A stretch of DNA of 64,000 bases, taken from assembly GCA_951406725.2 (NCBI GenBank), contig OX597827.1, positions 26,288,001 through 26,352,000 of the forward strand, written 5' to 3'. Origin of the DNA: Octopus vulgaris. Its lineage: Eukaryota. Positions 13,421-25,703 of the stretch are shown here, one piece after another (the first letter of the stretch is position 1; every line of letters starts with the position of its first letter). The notes under the pieces are model-generated. The model had not been told where the DNA came from. It was given only the letters and a program-made list of their open reading frames with translations, and did no database searches. Position numbers and translations under genes: made by a program.

Positions 13421-14231
13421 CTCACTGGTGTCAACCTATAGACGTTTGGTCGGAATGAAATACTGTCGTACTTGCATTTTTGACACGGTAATTTTGAAAG
13501 TAAAATAATCATTCACGTTTACATTCTAATGTTTTTTCACTTATTATCTAACACACGCACCGGTTCGATTTCCTCTCATTTTATTATTATTATTTTTATT
13601 CTAAAATTTTCGTTCCGTTTGCAACCTTGTAAATGGATTTTTCTTTTTTCGCAGCAGATTATTTAATACTGTAGTGCTTAAATTTGTATCGATTTTACAT
13701 TTTTAAGATGCAAATATATCGCTTAAATCTCACGCAGATTAAGAGCAGGTTGGACGATCTGTTGTGAAAGCACAGCTGGATAAACTTTGAGTACCATTCT
13801 CTTCAATGGCCCCGACCTATCTCCTCAATCCTGTTTGCAAGTAAGGTGTGAGATTTCTGCAAAAAAATTAAGAAAAGGGATGAGCAACAACATAGACAAC
13901 CATAGAAAAATGCATACATGGAATATGATTCTAAGAGAAGATCCGAAATAAGGGAATTCGGAAAAGCTCCAATGGTATAGAAAGACGAGGGAGTCATAGA
14001 ATTCAGGGCAAATGGAATACAAGTGCATAATGAAGGGAACAATGAAAGCGTACTGCAACAGGGTGTATTAGGACACTTCGTAGTCTGGTCGATAAAAGCA
14101 GTAAAGATAATAATATTATATATATATTCGTGTCTACATAGTCACACAGAAACTCTCTCACACACACACACTCATGCATATGTATACATACATGCATATA
14201 TACATACATACATACATATATATATATTTAT

Positions 14232-14309
<78 letters not shown>

Positions 14310-15977
14310 AGAACTGCTAAAAAAAGAGATACATAAGAATTACAGAAACACCAGTAGGAATACGCTCAGGCAGGCCAACTTAGAAACTAAGAAGATTATG
14401 GAGACTTACGGATTACAAATCAAAACGCAACCATTGAACCCCAGACAACCAAGATTCATCTTAAAGGACCACAAACAGAACTTTCATACCAACCCAGCAT
14501 TGCGGCTCATATGCCCTTCCGGTTCAGACATCGGTACCCTTAGTAAATACATATTAGATAAGTATATCCCTATATTAATTAATAAATTAAAACTTAGCTT
14601 ATGGTCCAAATCTGCTCAAGTCGTAGATTGGTTTACTTCTATTACCGATAAGGCCATCACTAAATTTATACAATTCGATATATCTAGTTTCTATCCTTCA
14701 ATCAACCCTAGTGTACTTAATAAGGCCCTATGGCACGCACACAATAAGGCAAGCTTCTCCAGGGAGGAAATTAATGTGATATTGACAGCTAGAAAATCTT
14801 TCATATAGTTTGATAGCAAGTTGTGGGTCCGTAGAGTCACCCCTAATGCGTTTGATGTACTAATGGGAAGTACAGACAGCGCCCAGATAGCCGATTTGGT
14901 TGGAATTTATATTCTCTATGAAATGGCCGACCAATTCCCGGACATCTGTGGAGGTCTTTATCGCGACGATTGTCTACTTTACCTCCAAAACGCTTCGAAC
15001 CAAAAAATACAGAAGGTTAAGAACAGATTAGTTAGGTTTTTTTAGTAGAATGGGCTTGAGCATAGTTTTTGACGATGAGTTAACTAAAGCCAACTTCTTC
15101 GACATTACTCTCAATCTACAGAATAACTCTTACTTCCCTTATCATAAACCGTCTACTAATCTTAAGTACATCAGCATTTTCAGTAATCATGCCATGCCAA
15201 TTACCGATAATTTAGTTAAAAACATATCTCTGAGACTGTCCAAATTATCTGCTAATGTCGACATCTTTAACCAAAAAGCAGAATTCTACAACGCCGCCTT
15301 GTCAAGAGCCGTTTATAAGGAAAAAATCATACATCGACCCAGCTCATTCTAAACCAACATCTGCTTCTCAAGATAGTAAAGTTACTCATAATAAAAATAA
15401 TGATTCCAATTCTAATAATGCCAGCACCCCTGTACATAAGATAAATCCTTTACGGACTAGGGGAGGAAAGCGCCATCCAACCCCAAATTTCTAACACAGA
15501 AATTTTCCCCTTACTGTCACAAATAGCACTAAGAACAATTTAAAGTCCACAAAAAACTGTATCTGGTTTGTAATACCTTTCGGAAAACAAATCAAATCGA
15601 ACCTACCCTTACAGTTCCGAGAAGCCGTTGCTAGAAACTTCCCCAGTAATTCTAGATATCATTCTATTATCAATTCACACAAGGTAAGAATTGCATTCTC
15701 TAACACTAGGAATCTTTCACAAATTATTTCTTCCCATAATAACAAGCTGCTAAACAAAGATTTTTCACCCGGGAGTTCCAACACTAATTTTACCGATTCC
15801 AACCCATCATACAATCATAATAATAGAAATAGTATTAATAGTACCAGCATTAGTAGCAATGATAATGTTAACAATGATAATATTAATAATAGTATTAGTC
15901 GGGTTAATAACAATGGTAGTGTTGATGATAACAACAATAACGGTACTATTGTCGGTGATATTGCTGGTTATAGTACA

Positions 15978-16053
<76 letters not shown>

Positions 16054-16544
16054 GAAATAGTGTAGTTGTTAGCGCTAGTAATAATAAAAACAACAATCAT
16101 AACAATAAAAACTCCGTCCCGATCTCGGAGGAAAACCCTAACAGATTAAAATTTTTGTCCAGTAATTCCAAAATTAAGAATTCCATTTACCAGTGTAGAA
16201 TTTCTTCCGGTACCGATGTATTCTTCTATATAGGTGCTACCACTTCTCAGTTATCCAAGAGAATTTCCAATCACTATTCGACATTCAGAGATAGGAAAAA
16301 ACGGCTTAGTACAGGGCTAAGTAACTTAGTTTGGCGTCTTAAAGACAACAATATAACTTTCAAGTTGGATTGGTTCATATTGTCTGTATCCTTTCCTTTT
16401 GATAAGGGCAGAAGTTTTTGTAACATTTGTGACTCTGAGCTCTTCCATATTCTTTTCGCCAAGATTCCCCTAGTAAACACACTCATAGAAAAATCCTACA
16501 AATGTAAACATTGGCAGAAACACACTTTCCACTCATATACATGA
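14310..16544 (+). pseudogene. PLE RT-GIY-YIG polyprotein remnant
   Basis: Stop at 14806, frameshifts near 15040 and 15340, stop at 15492. The frame is then open from 15495 to 16544 through an Asn-rich linker into the GIY-YIG domain. Confidence 0.88.
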
Positions 16545-17055
16545 TAAAGATAACCACTGTAGTTCTAACAATTAGCTTCACATCCACACCACTACCATAG
16601 AGAAATTCTTTCCTATACCTCAGAACATTCTTTCAATCAACGTTCACTTCCTCTCCTTTATATATTCCATTGATACTACATATATTTGACGTATCTTTCT
16701 CTCTCTCACACACACAATCAAACACACAGACGCAAATTTTCCCATTACTACTACGTATATTTGACGTATGTCTCTCTCCCACACACACAGTCATACACAC
16801 AGACACAAATGCAGTTATATACACACACACACACACACAAACACTCGCACTCATTAACACATTCACACACCTGCACATCTCCATACATACAGCAAACATA
16901 CTGTCCCCTACCTATTTTTAACTTCCTCCTTCTACCCATTTTTGACGTCAATGCTTATAACGGATTTTTTTAAAAAACACTCATTATCGCTGTGGTCACC
17001 ATGTAGGCAATCCTCGAAGTTTTTGTTCGTCTTGAGGTGGAGAGAGGCTCCTTAT

Positions 17056-17137
17056 CTTTCCTGATGAGAAGATTGCATAATGCACCCCTTATTCCTTCGG
17101 AATAGGAATGTGCTGTCTTAGAAACATGTGTCGAGAG
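17056..17137 (+). ncRNA. Type I HHR with canonical core and extended stem II, in the PLE 3' pLTR
   Basis: ctttc CTGATGA g aaga...tattcc ttc ggaata...tctt a GAAA catgtg TC gagag. GUC cleavage triplet; stem I ctttc/gagag. Confidence 0.8.
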
Positions 17138-17341
17138 TAAAGGAATTTTGTTAACATCTTCGTTCGACTCCATTCTTTCATTTATTCATATACAACACAC
17201 AAATTTCTACACAAGAACCCGGAGTTTCTACCCTTGACAGGTCGCTTCAACCGTGTTTTCTGACGTCAATTTGCTACCCAGGTTTCGGTTAAATGAATTT
17301 TCCATGCTGACGATAAGCATAGGATAATTCATTCACTTACT

Positions 17342-17385
<44 letters not shown>

Positions 17386-17441
17386 AATTCATAGCTCCCA
17401 ATATATGTGTTAAGCGTCATTTTTTCATTTGTCTATTTACT

Positions 17442-17499
<58 letters not shown>

Positions 17500-17528
17500 C
17501 ATACATATATATACATGTATATATATAC

Positions 17529-17584
<56 letters not shown>

Positions 17585-17739
17585 GCATATATATGCATAC
17601 ACACAAACACACACATACACACATATGTATATATATCGATCCGTCTGCCTGTCTTTTTATATTTTTGTATGTGTGTTTTTTGCCTGTATTTTGTATATGC
17701 ATATAAAAGAAAATAGTAAAAGTTATATATTTTCATATA

Positions 17740-17824
17740 CTTTATTTAAAAGCAGCATAAATTCAACAAAACCTGTTACTCGGAGTAACAGGTTTTGTTG
17801 AATGTCTGCTGCTTTTAAATAAAG
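17740..17824. repeat. Near-perfect 85-bp palindrome (fold-back of a pLTR-like 3' end)
   Basis: ctttatttaaaagcagca...aacctgttactc g gagtaacaggtt...tgctgcttttaaataaag. Confidence 0.85.
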
Positions 17825-17898
17825 CATATTACTCTACCCTTGGTATTTGAGTACTCTTTTTTCCACCTTGTTTCACATTTATGTGTTTACTCCGGTAT

Positions 17899-17934
<36 letters not shown>

Positions 17935-17946
17935 GTTTGTGAGTGA

Positions 17947-17981
<35 letters not shown>

Positions 17982-19069
17982 TGTATGTATATGCATGTAT
18001 GCACATGTGTATAAATGTGTGTCTGTGTTTACACAGACAAACAGATAGATAGTTAGATAGATGTTCATACGACTTGTGTATCTGCGTGAATTGCTTACAT
18101 GAAATGCGTGGCTTTCTACTTGTGTTGGCTTAATCTAATAAACTGACGGAGAGATATAATTTTTTTGAAAGAAAATAAAATTGATTTACAAATGTTTGAT
18201 GATATTTCTTTCACAATATCTATTTGGAAAAGCTTTCTCCGGAAATAAAAACAATTTCTTTGGCTCTCAATCATCGAAATTATAGTTTAATCATAAATTC
18301 GAAATAGATTGTGTTATTACATACGTCGTTTAGAATTATATTTCAATTGTACGAATCTATCTGATTGATTTCGGTTTCGGTGAAATAGCAGATAGGATAT
18401 ATAAAATGTTTTCCTGTGTCCTTCTTTGAAATTAACTCATTCGCTCTCAACAATAATTTTTACTGCTATTAGATGTCAATAATTGACAAATGTTTGATGC
18501 CAGAGCAGATACAATCGCATCGGTTTTTTATATTTATTTCCTCTTTTTGTGTATTTTCATATCTAAAATACTTTTTTTTTGCGAGCAGAATTCTATAATC
18601 GATTCATAATTACTCCAATCACCTATTTACTCCCCCGGCAAGAATCGAACCTTACACCTCACTCCCAAATGTCCTATAGAAGCGTAAATTTCTTCTATTT
18701 TCATTGTTGTCTGCTCCTCATGCATTAACATATATGGCAGAATTATTAGAACGTGGGAAAAAAGTTTTCGCAGTATTTTACTTCCTCTGAGTTCGAATTC
18801 TGTTGGGTTCAACTTTGATTTCATTTTTCCGTAGACGATAATTTAATTACTAGTTACCAATTAGAGTCGAAGTAATTGAAAAGATGTAGTTAAGAATAAA
18901 ATAAGTAAGCAAGCAAAGAATACTACACCTTTTAATCTTTAATTTTAATTTCGGTTTTAATTTTTAACTTTTCTTTGTTAAATTCCCATTTGTGGACAGC
19001 GTCTACTTTATTCTGTTATTTTGTTTACTCGCTTGGCATAAAGAGTTTTCGATTCAACTATTAATTGTA

Positions 19070-19456
19070 CTAGCAGTATCGCCCGGCGTTGCTCGGATTT
19101 GTTTTCTTTTCGACCCTTTAGAATTGGAATTTTGAAAAGTAAAAAGTAAAAATTTTGCATTATGTAGCTTGTTATTCTCTTTAAGTGAACATTTTTCTGG
19201 TTGAAATAAACCGAAAAATGGCGACACAGCAGTCAAAAAATTGTAAAATATAGGGATTTTCATAGAAAATTTTGATATAAATAATTTTTGGTGTTAACAT
19301 GGTCCGATTTGAATTTTATCTTCTACGGAATGAAGAGCAAGCTTTCTTCTGTCTTACTCTCAATGTTGGTCAAGTTGCACCGCAGGGTCTCGAAGGAGAT
19401 AGTGTTAGTTGAAGGCTAACAAACCTGCCACACAGAGACAATTTTATATATATAGA
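19070..19456 (-). mobile_element. Non-autonomous Helitron
   Basis: The minus strand starts A|TCtatatatataaaa and ends with GC hairpin ccgagc aac gccggg ~8 nt before CTAG|T. Inserted between A and T with no TSD. Confidence 0.75.
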
Positions 19457-20134
19457 TTTATTTCTCCCCCACCGGCAGGCAACAATATATCGTTATTTTA
19501 TTGATATTAGATACCCAATGCTTCTTTGTTGAAGTCTATCCATTATAAACTATATTATATATATACTCACTTGATATAATTAACCTTTATTATCACAACT
19601 GGCTGATAACCGGTCACGTGGAATAGCTCTATGAAGTTTGTTCCGGCTTTAATAAAACAGTGTATTACTCTGCCTTTGGTACTCGAGTACTACATTTTCC
19701 ACCGCCTTTTCCACCTAAATCCTTACTTGTGTGTGTGTAAATATGTGACTGTGTGTGAGCGTGTGTGTGTGTATACACACACACACATATGTATATATAA
19801 TTTTACTAGCAGTAACAAACATTAATATATCATTCATTCACTGTAGGTGAATGCCTCACCTATCTCTCTCTCTCTTTGTCTCTTGCTCTCTCCCTCTATT
19901 TCAACCCCCCCTCTCTCTCTCTCTCTCTTCGACCCTTTCTATTTTTCAGTCTTACGCATTCCATATACTTTCTCTTTACAGCCTATGTTTAATGTGACTC
20001 ATCTTTGTTACCCTCTTGGCAACGGATACATACTTCAGAAACTGACCACACGCAATATATATATATATGCATGCATATACCTGAATATATATACATATGT
20101 GTGTGTGTGTGTTTATGCAATATAGATGTGAATA

Positions 20135-20181
<47 letters not shown>

Positions 20182-20905
20182 GACATGATGAAGCATAAAG
20201 TATAGTCATGTGTGCTGCATGCATTTGGCGTACGGACATGTGTGAGTTTTTGTGCATATATTTGTGGGTACGTGTGTGTATGTGTGTGTATGTTTGTGCG
20301 TGTATAGATATACACGAACACTTATACACATATACATGCGTACATACATTCATACAAACATACAAACATACACACATGTATGACACATGTATTCGGATGT
20401 ACCCACTCACCTTGTACCTCGTTCAATTTAGCATACAAGTGTACAATATGCTTTCATTACACACGAGATCCATATAGTCCCCGAGGGTAAATATGTAATT
20501 GTCTACACAAATGCAATTTGGTTAGTCGTACTAATCAGTTAATCTGAAGACTGCTGAGAACGAAAGGCTGTTTGCAAAAATTGGCTTTGCTTGTTCCTTT
20601 CTCTTCATTCTCCAAGACTTGCATGTTCTTTTACAAGTCTAGTTAATATGATCTTATGCGTCTTATACATTCTCAAACCCGTCCCCCTTAGGCTAGGACG
20701 AGGAATTACAGCGCAGTATCCGCATCGGTGCACGTACAATTTTATTGGTTCTTCGCACACATGTGACTATTAGATTGATGATACAGTAGCTGCGATCGAT
20801 CTCCAGATATGCTGTGTATCAAAATTCATAATGAAGTGATGTGTGTGGATATGTAGGAGAGTTAATTACATATATACGTTTTCAACTCTCTCTTTATATA
20901 TGTAA

Positions 20906-20948
<43 letters not shown>

Positions 20949-21014
20949 TATATATGTGTGTGTTTGTGCTGTGTATCGATATGTGTATACACCTATCTAT
21001 TTATCTATATATGT

Positions 21015-21057
<43 letters not shown>

Positions 21058-21058
21058 C

Positions 21059-21183
<125 letters not shown>

Positions 21184-21345
21184 TGTATGTATGTATGTAT
21201 GTATGTATGTAGGCAGGAAGTTCTGGTATAACGATGCCAATTTGCGTAAACAAATGGGGTTCGGCGTATATACGTACATATTCTTCGGTGCCTCTGTGTG
21301 TATATGTATGAGTATATGGATAAACACCCTCATATAGATAGATAG

Positions 21346-21383
<38 letters not shown>

Positions 21384-22141
21384 AGAGAAAGTGAGATAGA
21401 AAGAGAAAGAGTGAAAGAGAAAGTGAGATAGAAGGAGAGAGAGAGAGAAGGGTAAATGCAGAGAGGGAGAGAAAGACTAAGGGGGAAATGTTGCGTGTTT
21501 GGTCAACATGTACCGATTCATGTTCCTTATGATTCAACATATTTCGATTATCCTTTCATTTTCCAGTATGTTTATGACAATGCGTTCCTCATACTCATGA
21601 ATGGATATTTCATGCGAAACATCGTCATCCGTACGTAATTCAGAATGAGGCTGCGTTAACCGAACTACGTTTATTTTTGTATGAACGTTTCTGTATAGCG
21701 AACACGTTAAATTCATCCAGAGACGATGAGAAAGGAAGGTAGCTGGAGAGCAAGTTGACGCCATAGCTTTTCGATGTTGATGGATGAATATTAAGTGAAC
21801 TATAATTACTAACGGAAGCCAATTCGGATACAATCACATTTTATTTATTTCGGAACTGTTCACTCAATAAATTAAAAACTAATGAATAACATAACATATA
21901 CCTGGCAATTTTAATATCATATAACCTCTGTCATTCTCCAGAAGAAGCGCTTTTAATCCTTGAAAATATAAAGTTTCACTCTCCTGGATATTATATACAT
22001 AAATACAGAGAAAGCGAGAGAGGGGGAGATTGGGGAGAGATAGAGAGAGAGATAGAGAGATAGACAGATACTACGTATACATATCAAAACAAAGAATTCG
22101 CAATCTAGGGTTTCACAAAGCTTTACTTTATATATTCCATG

Positions 22142-22197
<56 letters not shown>

Positions 22198-22233
22198 ATC
22201 TATTCATCTATCCGTTTCTCTCTCTCTCTCTCA

Positions 22234-22352
<119 letters not shown>

Positions 22353-22383
22353 TTAATAAATATATATATTAAATGTATATATA

Positions 22384-22423
<40 letters not shown>

Positions 22424-22606
22424 ATAAAGGGTTTAGTAAAATAAATTACTTTGCCACATACTGAACTCATTAGAAATAGCAGCCAAAAAAAATTTTTTTA
22501 GCCATTTCTAATACTTAAAGAAAATTTCTCTCAGATAGTGTTTACTCAAAATAGCCCACGAAGGTATGGGGGTAAAAACATTAAAAAATCACAAGTGCAA
22601 AGATTA

Positions 22607-22668
22607 TTTGAGAACGTACGTTTCTAGATCAGCCAAATACAATTCGACATTTCTTTCGTCAGCTCAAA
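22607..22668 (-). ncRNA. Type I HHR, R1 copy 1
   Basis: Minus strand: tttgag CTGACGA a aga..gtcgaat tgt atttggc..tct a GAAA cgtacg TT ctcaaa. Confidence 0.8.
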
Positions 22669-23162
22669 ATTCCTTAATTCGGATTTGTAAACACTGAAAG
22701 TAGGAGCATACCCTTTTGACGACTTTTCACCTCCGAAGATCCGTTCAAACTAACAGTGCCAACAAATTCAAAATATGCAAGCGAAGAATTTCTGCTCTCC
22801 CCTTTCCACCCACGTGGGCTAACCTAGCAAACACCATAATTTTATCGGTGAAAACCGAAGCATTATAATGAATTATAATTTCAACAATTGAGGGTAAAAT
22901 TAATTAATTATTAATCAATTTCACCAAGTATTCAGTATGTAAAGGGACCATTTTAGGCGAATTCAAAATATTACATTTTATAAAGGGTTTAGTAAAATAA
23001 ATTACTTTGCCACATACTGAACTCATTAGAAATAGCAGCCAAAAAAAATTTTTTTAGCCATTTCTAATACTTAAAGAAAATTTCTCTCAGATAGTGTTTA
23101 CTCAAAATAGCCCATGAAGGGGTGGGGGTAAAAACATTAAAAAATCACAAGTGCAAAGATTA

Positions 23163-23224
23163 TTTGAGAACGTACGTTTCTAGATCAGCCAAATGCAATT
23201 CGACATTTCTTTCGTCAGCTCAAA
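23163..23224 (-). ncRNA. Type I HHR, R1 copy 2
   Basis: Same motif, 556 bp from copy 1. Confidence 0.8.
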
Positions 23225-23595
23225 ATTCCTTAATTCGGATTTGTAAACACTGAAAGTAGGAGCATACCCTTTTGGCGACTTTTCACCTCCGAAGATCCGT
23301 TCAAACTGATCATTTACATACTGAATACTTGGTGAAATTGATTAATAATTAATTAATTTTACCCTCAATTGTTGAAATTATAATTCATTTCTCTCTGTTT
23401 AATGCTTCGGTTTTCACCGATAAAATTATGGTGTTTGCTAGGTTAGCCCACGTGGGTGGAAAGGGAGAGCAGAAATTCTTCGCTTGCATATTTTGAATTT
23501 GTTGGCACTGTTAGTTTGAACGGATCTTCGGAGGTGAAAAGTCGCCAAAAGTGTATGCTCCTACTTTCAGTGTTTACAAATCCGAATTAAGGAAT

Positions 23596-23657
23596 TTTGA
23601 GCTGACGAAAGAAATGTCGAATTGTATTTGGCTGATCTAGAAACGTACGTTCTCAAA
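23596..23657 (+). ncRNA. Type I HHR, R1 copy 3
   Basis: tttgag CTGACGA aagaaatgtcgaattgtatttggctgatcta GAAA cgtacg TT ctcaaa. Confidence 0.82.
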
Positions 23658-24122
23658 TAATCTTTGCACTTGTGATTTTTTAATGTTTTTACCCCCATAC
23701 CTTCGTGGGCTATTTTGAGTAAACACTATCTGAGAGAAATTTTCTTTAAGTATTAGAAATGGCTAAAAAAATTTTTTTGGCTGCTATTTCTAATGAGTTC
23801 AGTATGTGGCAAAGTAATTTATTTTACTAAACCCTTTATAAAATGTAATATTTTGAATTCGCCTAAAATGGTCCCTTTACATACTGAATACTTGGAAATT
23901 GAAATTATAATTCATTTCTCTCTGTTTAATGCTTCGGTTTTCACCGATAAAATTATGGTGTTTGCTAGGTTAGCCCACGTGGGTGGAAAGGGAGAGCAGA
24001 AATTCTTCGCTTGCATATTTTGAATTTGTTGGCACTGTTAGTTTGAACGGATCTTCGGAGGTGAATAGTCGCCAAAAGGGTATGCTCCTACTTTCAGTGT
24101 TTACAAATCCGAATTAAGGAAT

Positions 24123-24184
24123 TTTGAGCTGACGAAAGAAATGTCGAATTGTATTTGGCTGATCTAGAAACGTACGTTCTCAAA
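24123..24184 (+). ncRNA. Type I HHR, R1 copy 4
   Basis: Identical motif 527 bp downstream of copy 3. Confidence 0.82.
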
Positions 24185-24569
24185 TAATCTTTGCACTTGT
24201 GATTTTTTAATGTTTTTACCCCCATACCTTCGTGGGCTATTTTGAGTAAACACTATCTGAGAGAAATTTTCTTTAAGTATTAGAAATGGCTAAAAAAATT
24301 TTTTTGGCTGCTATTTCTAATGAGTTCAGTATGTGGCAAAGTAATTTATTTTACTAAACCCTTTATAAAATGTAATATTTTGAATTCGCCTAAAATGGTC
24401 CCTTTACATACTGAATACTTGGTGAAATTGATTAATAATTAATTAATTTTACCCTCAATTGTTGAAATATATATATATATATATATACATACAGATACAT
24501 ATATATATATATATATATGTATCATATATATATATATATATATTCATATGTATATACATACTGTATGCG

Positions 24570-24885
24570 TGGTACTCCGTCGGTTACGATGACGAGGGTT
24601 CCAGTTGATCTGATCAACGGAACAGCCTGCTCGTGAAATTAACGTGCAAGTGGCTGTACACTCCGCAGACACAGAGTGACAAGCCTGGCCCTTTGAAATA
24701 CAGGTACAAAAGAAACAGGAAGAAATAGCGAGAGGAAGTTGTGGTGAAAGAGGAGAGCAGGGTTCGCCGAAGCCTCGTGGTGCTTTAAGAGTTTTCGCTC
24801 AATAAACACTCACAACGCACGGTCTGGGAATCGAAACCGCGATCCTATGACCGCGAGTCTGCTGCCCTAAGTACTGGGTCTCCAC
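24570..24885 (-). mobile_element. tRNA-derived SINE (family A)
   Basis: Tail ctccgtcggttacgatgacgagggttccagttgatc... and head gggaatcgaaaccgcgatcctatgaccgcgagtc. Confidence 0.8.
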
Positions 24886-24917
24886 ATAATATATATATAC
24901 ATATTAGATATATATAC

Positions 24918-24957
<40 letters not shown>

Positions 24958-24959
24958 AA

Positions 24960-25652
24960 CATGCGTCCGTCCCTCAGCGAGATTCATCAGTCTTTATTTC
25001 CGGCATTCTTTGTTTACTGCTTGAATTGTCCATGCAATTCCATTGTTTTCTATTTAATGCTCTTTTGTTCTTCCTTCTGTTCTTGGAATCTAATGTTTTA
25101 GCAGCTTTTGGCACATCCATAACTGCCGATAGTATCCCGTCTGCAACCTACACAACATGATATTTCAACCCCAATATTGTGTTACTAACTGTTTCTTCTG
25201 TATTTTGTAATCCTCTGCTTCCTTTTGAGGCAGGCAGAGTCAGTTTATTCAGCGTTGTGTGCGGTTTCCGTGCATTTCCGTGCATCGATCTTTATTCATC
25301 TCAACAGGATATTTTTGCTCACTGTTCCCAGGGCTCTAACAATTATTGGTACTACTGCTACCTATTTCATTAACCACAACTGCTTAACTTCTCAAGCTAA
25401 CCTGTCATATCTCTCGACTTTTCTTTCTTCCTTAAGTGTCCAACAGACAAGCCTTGCTATATTGTCGTGGCGTCTCTTATATACCTTTTGGACTAGTGGC
25501 ATACATTGGCTGGTAATATGTTACACGGTTTCACCGTTTTGTCCACAGATTCTGCACTTATCACTTTCTGCTGTGTTGTCTATTCTGTATTTTATGTAGC
25601 TTGTTCTTAGTGCTTGCTCTTGCGCAGCACAGATTAGAGCCTCCGTTTCCGA
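24960..25652 (-). mobile_element. Deleted Dong/R4 LINE fragments; 25320-25650 closely matches parts of 27863-28400
   Basis: Shared near-identical blocks encoding VVPIIVxALGTV and CRICGQNGETV.HITSQC..L..KVYKRRHD. Confidence 0.75.
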
Positions 25653-25661
25653 TTATTATTA

Positions 25662-25702
<41 letters not shown>

Positions 25703-25703
<1 letters not shown>

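Larger units (their letters stand above)
14310..17200 (+). mobile_element. 5'-truncated Penelope-like retroelement, Naiad-type (RT + C-terminal GIY-YIG), with 3' pLTR, flanked by (TA)n
   Basis: RT motifs FILKDHKQNF, RLICPSGSDIG, FDISSFYPSI, MGSTDSAQIADLVG, GLYRDD, FFDITLNL; IWF..PF..SHNNKLL; SIY...FYIGAT..LSKRISNH, CNICDSE, CKH. HHR at 17056. Confidence 0.88.
22420..24468. mobile_element. Tandem plus inverted array of an ORF-less ~556-bp HHR-containing unit (retrozyme-like, family R1)
   Basis: About 1.6 units in one orientation (22420-23307, period 556), then about 2.1 units inverted (23313-24468, period 527). Flanked by (TA)n on both sides. Confidence 0.85.

Noticed and set aside
14806-15494. 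In-frame stops in the Naiad-type ORF as possible selenocysteine recoding
   Set aside because: The stops are TAG/TAA and accompanied by frameshifts, not TGA; ordinary decay.
17270-17335. Two HHR half-motifs on opposite strands (ctgacga; gaaacctgggta)
   Set aside because: Stem I does not pair when reconstructed, so it is not counted.
22470-22483. ttagaaatagcag resembles the engineered sgRNA scaffold, and the tandem units could suggest CRISPR
   Set aside because: Short chance match inside a hairpin arm. There is no repeat-spacer structure or cas gene, and the context is eukaryotic.
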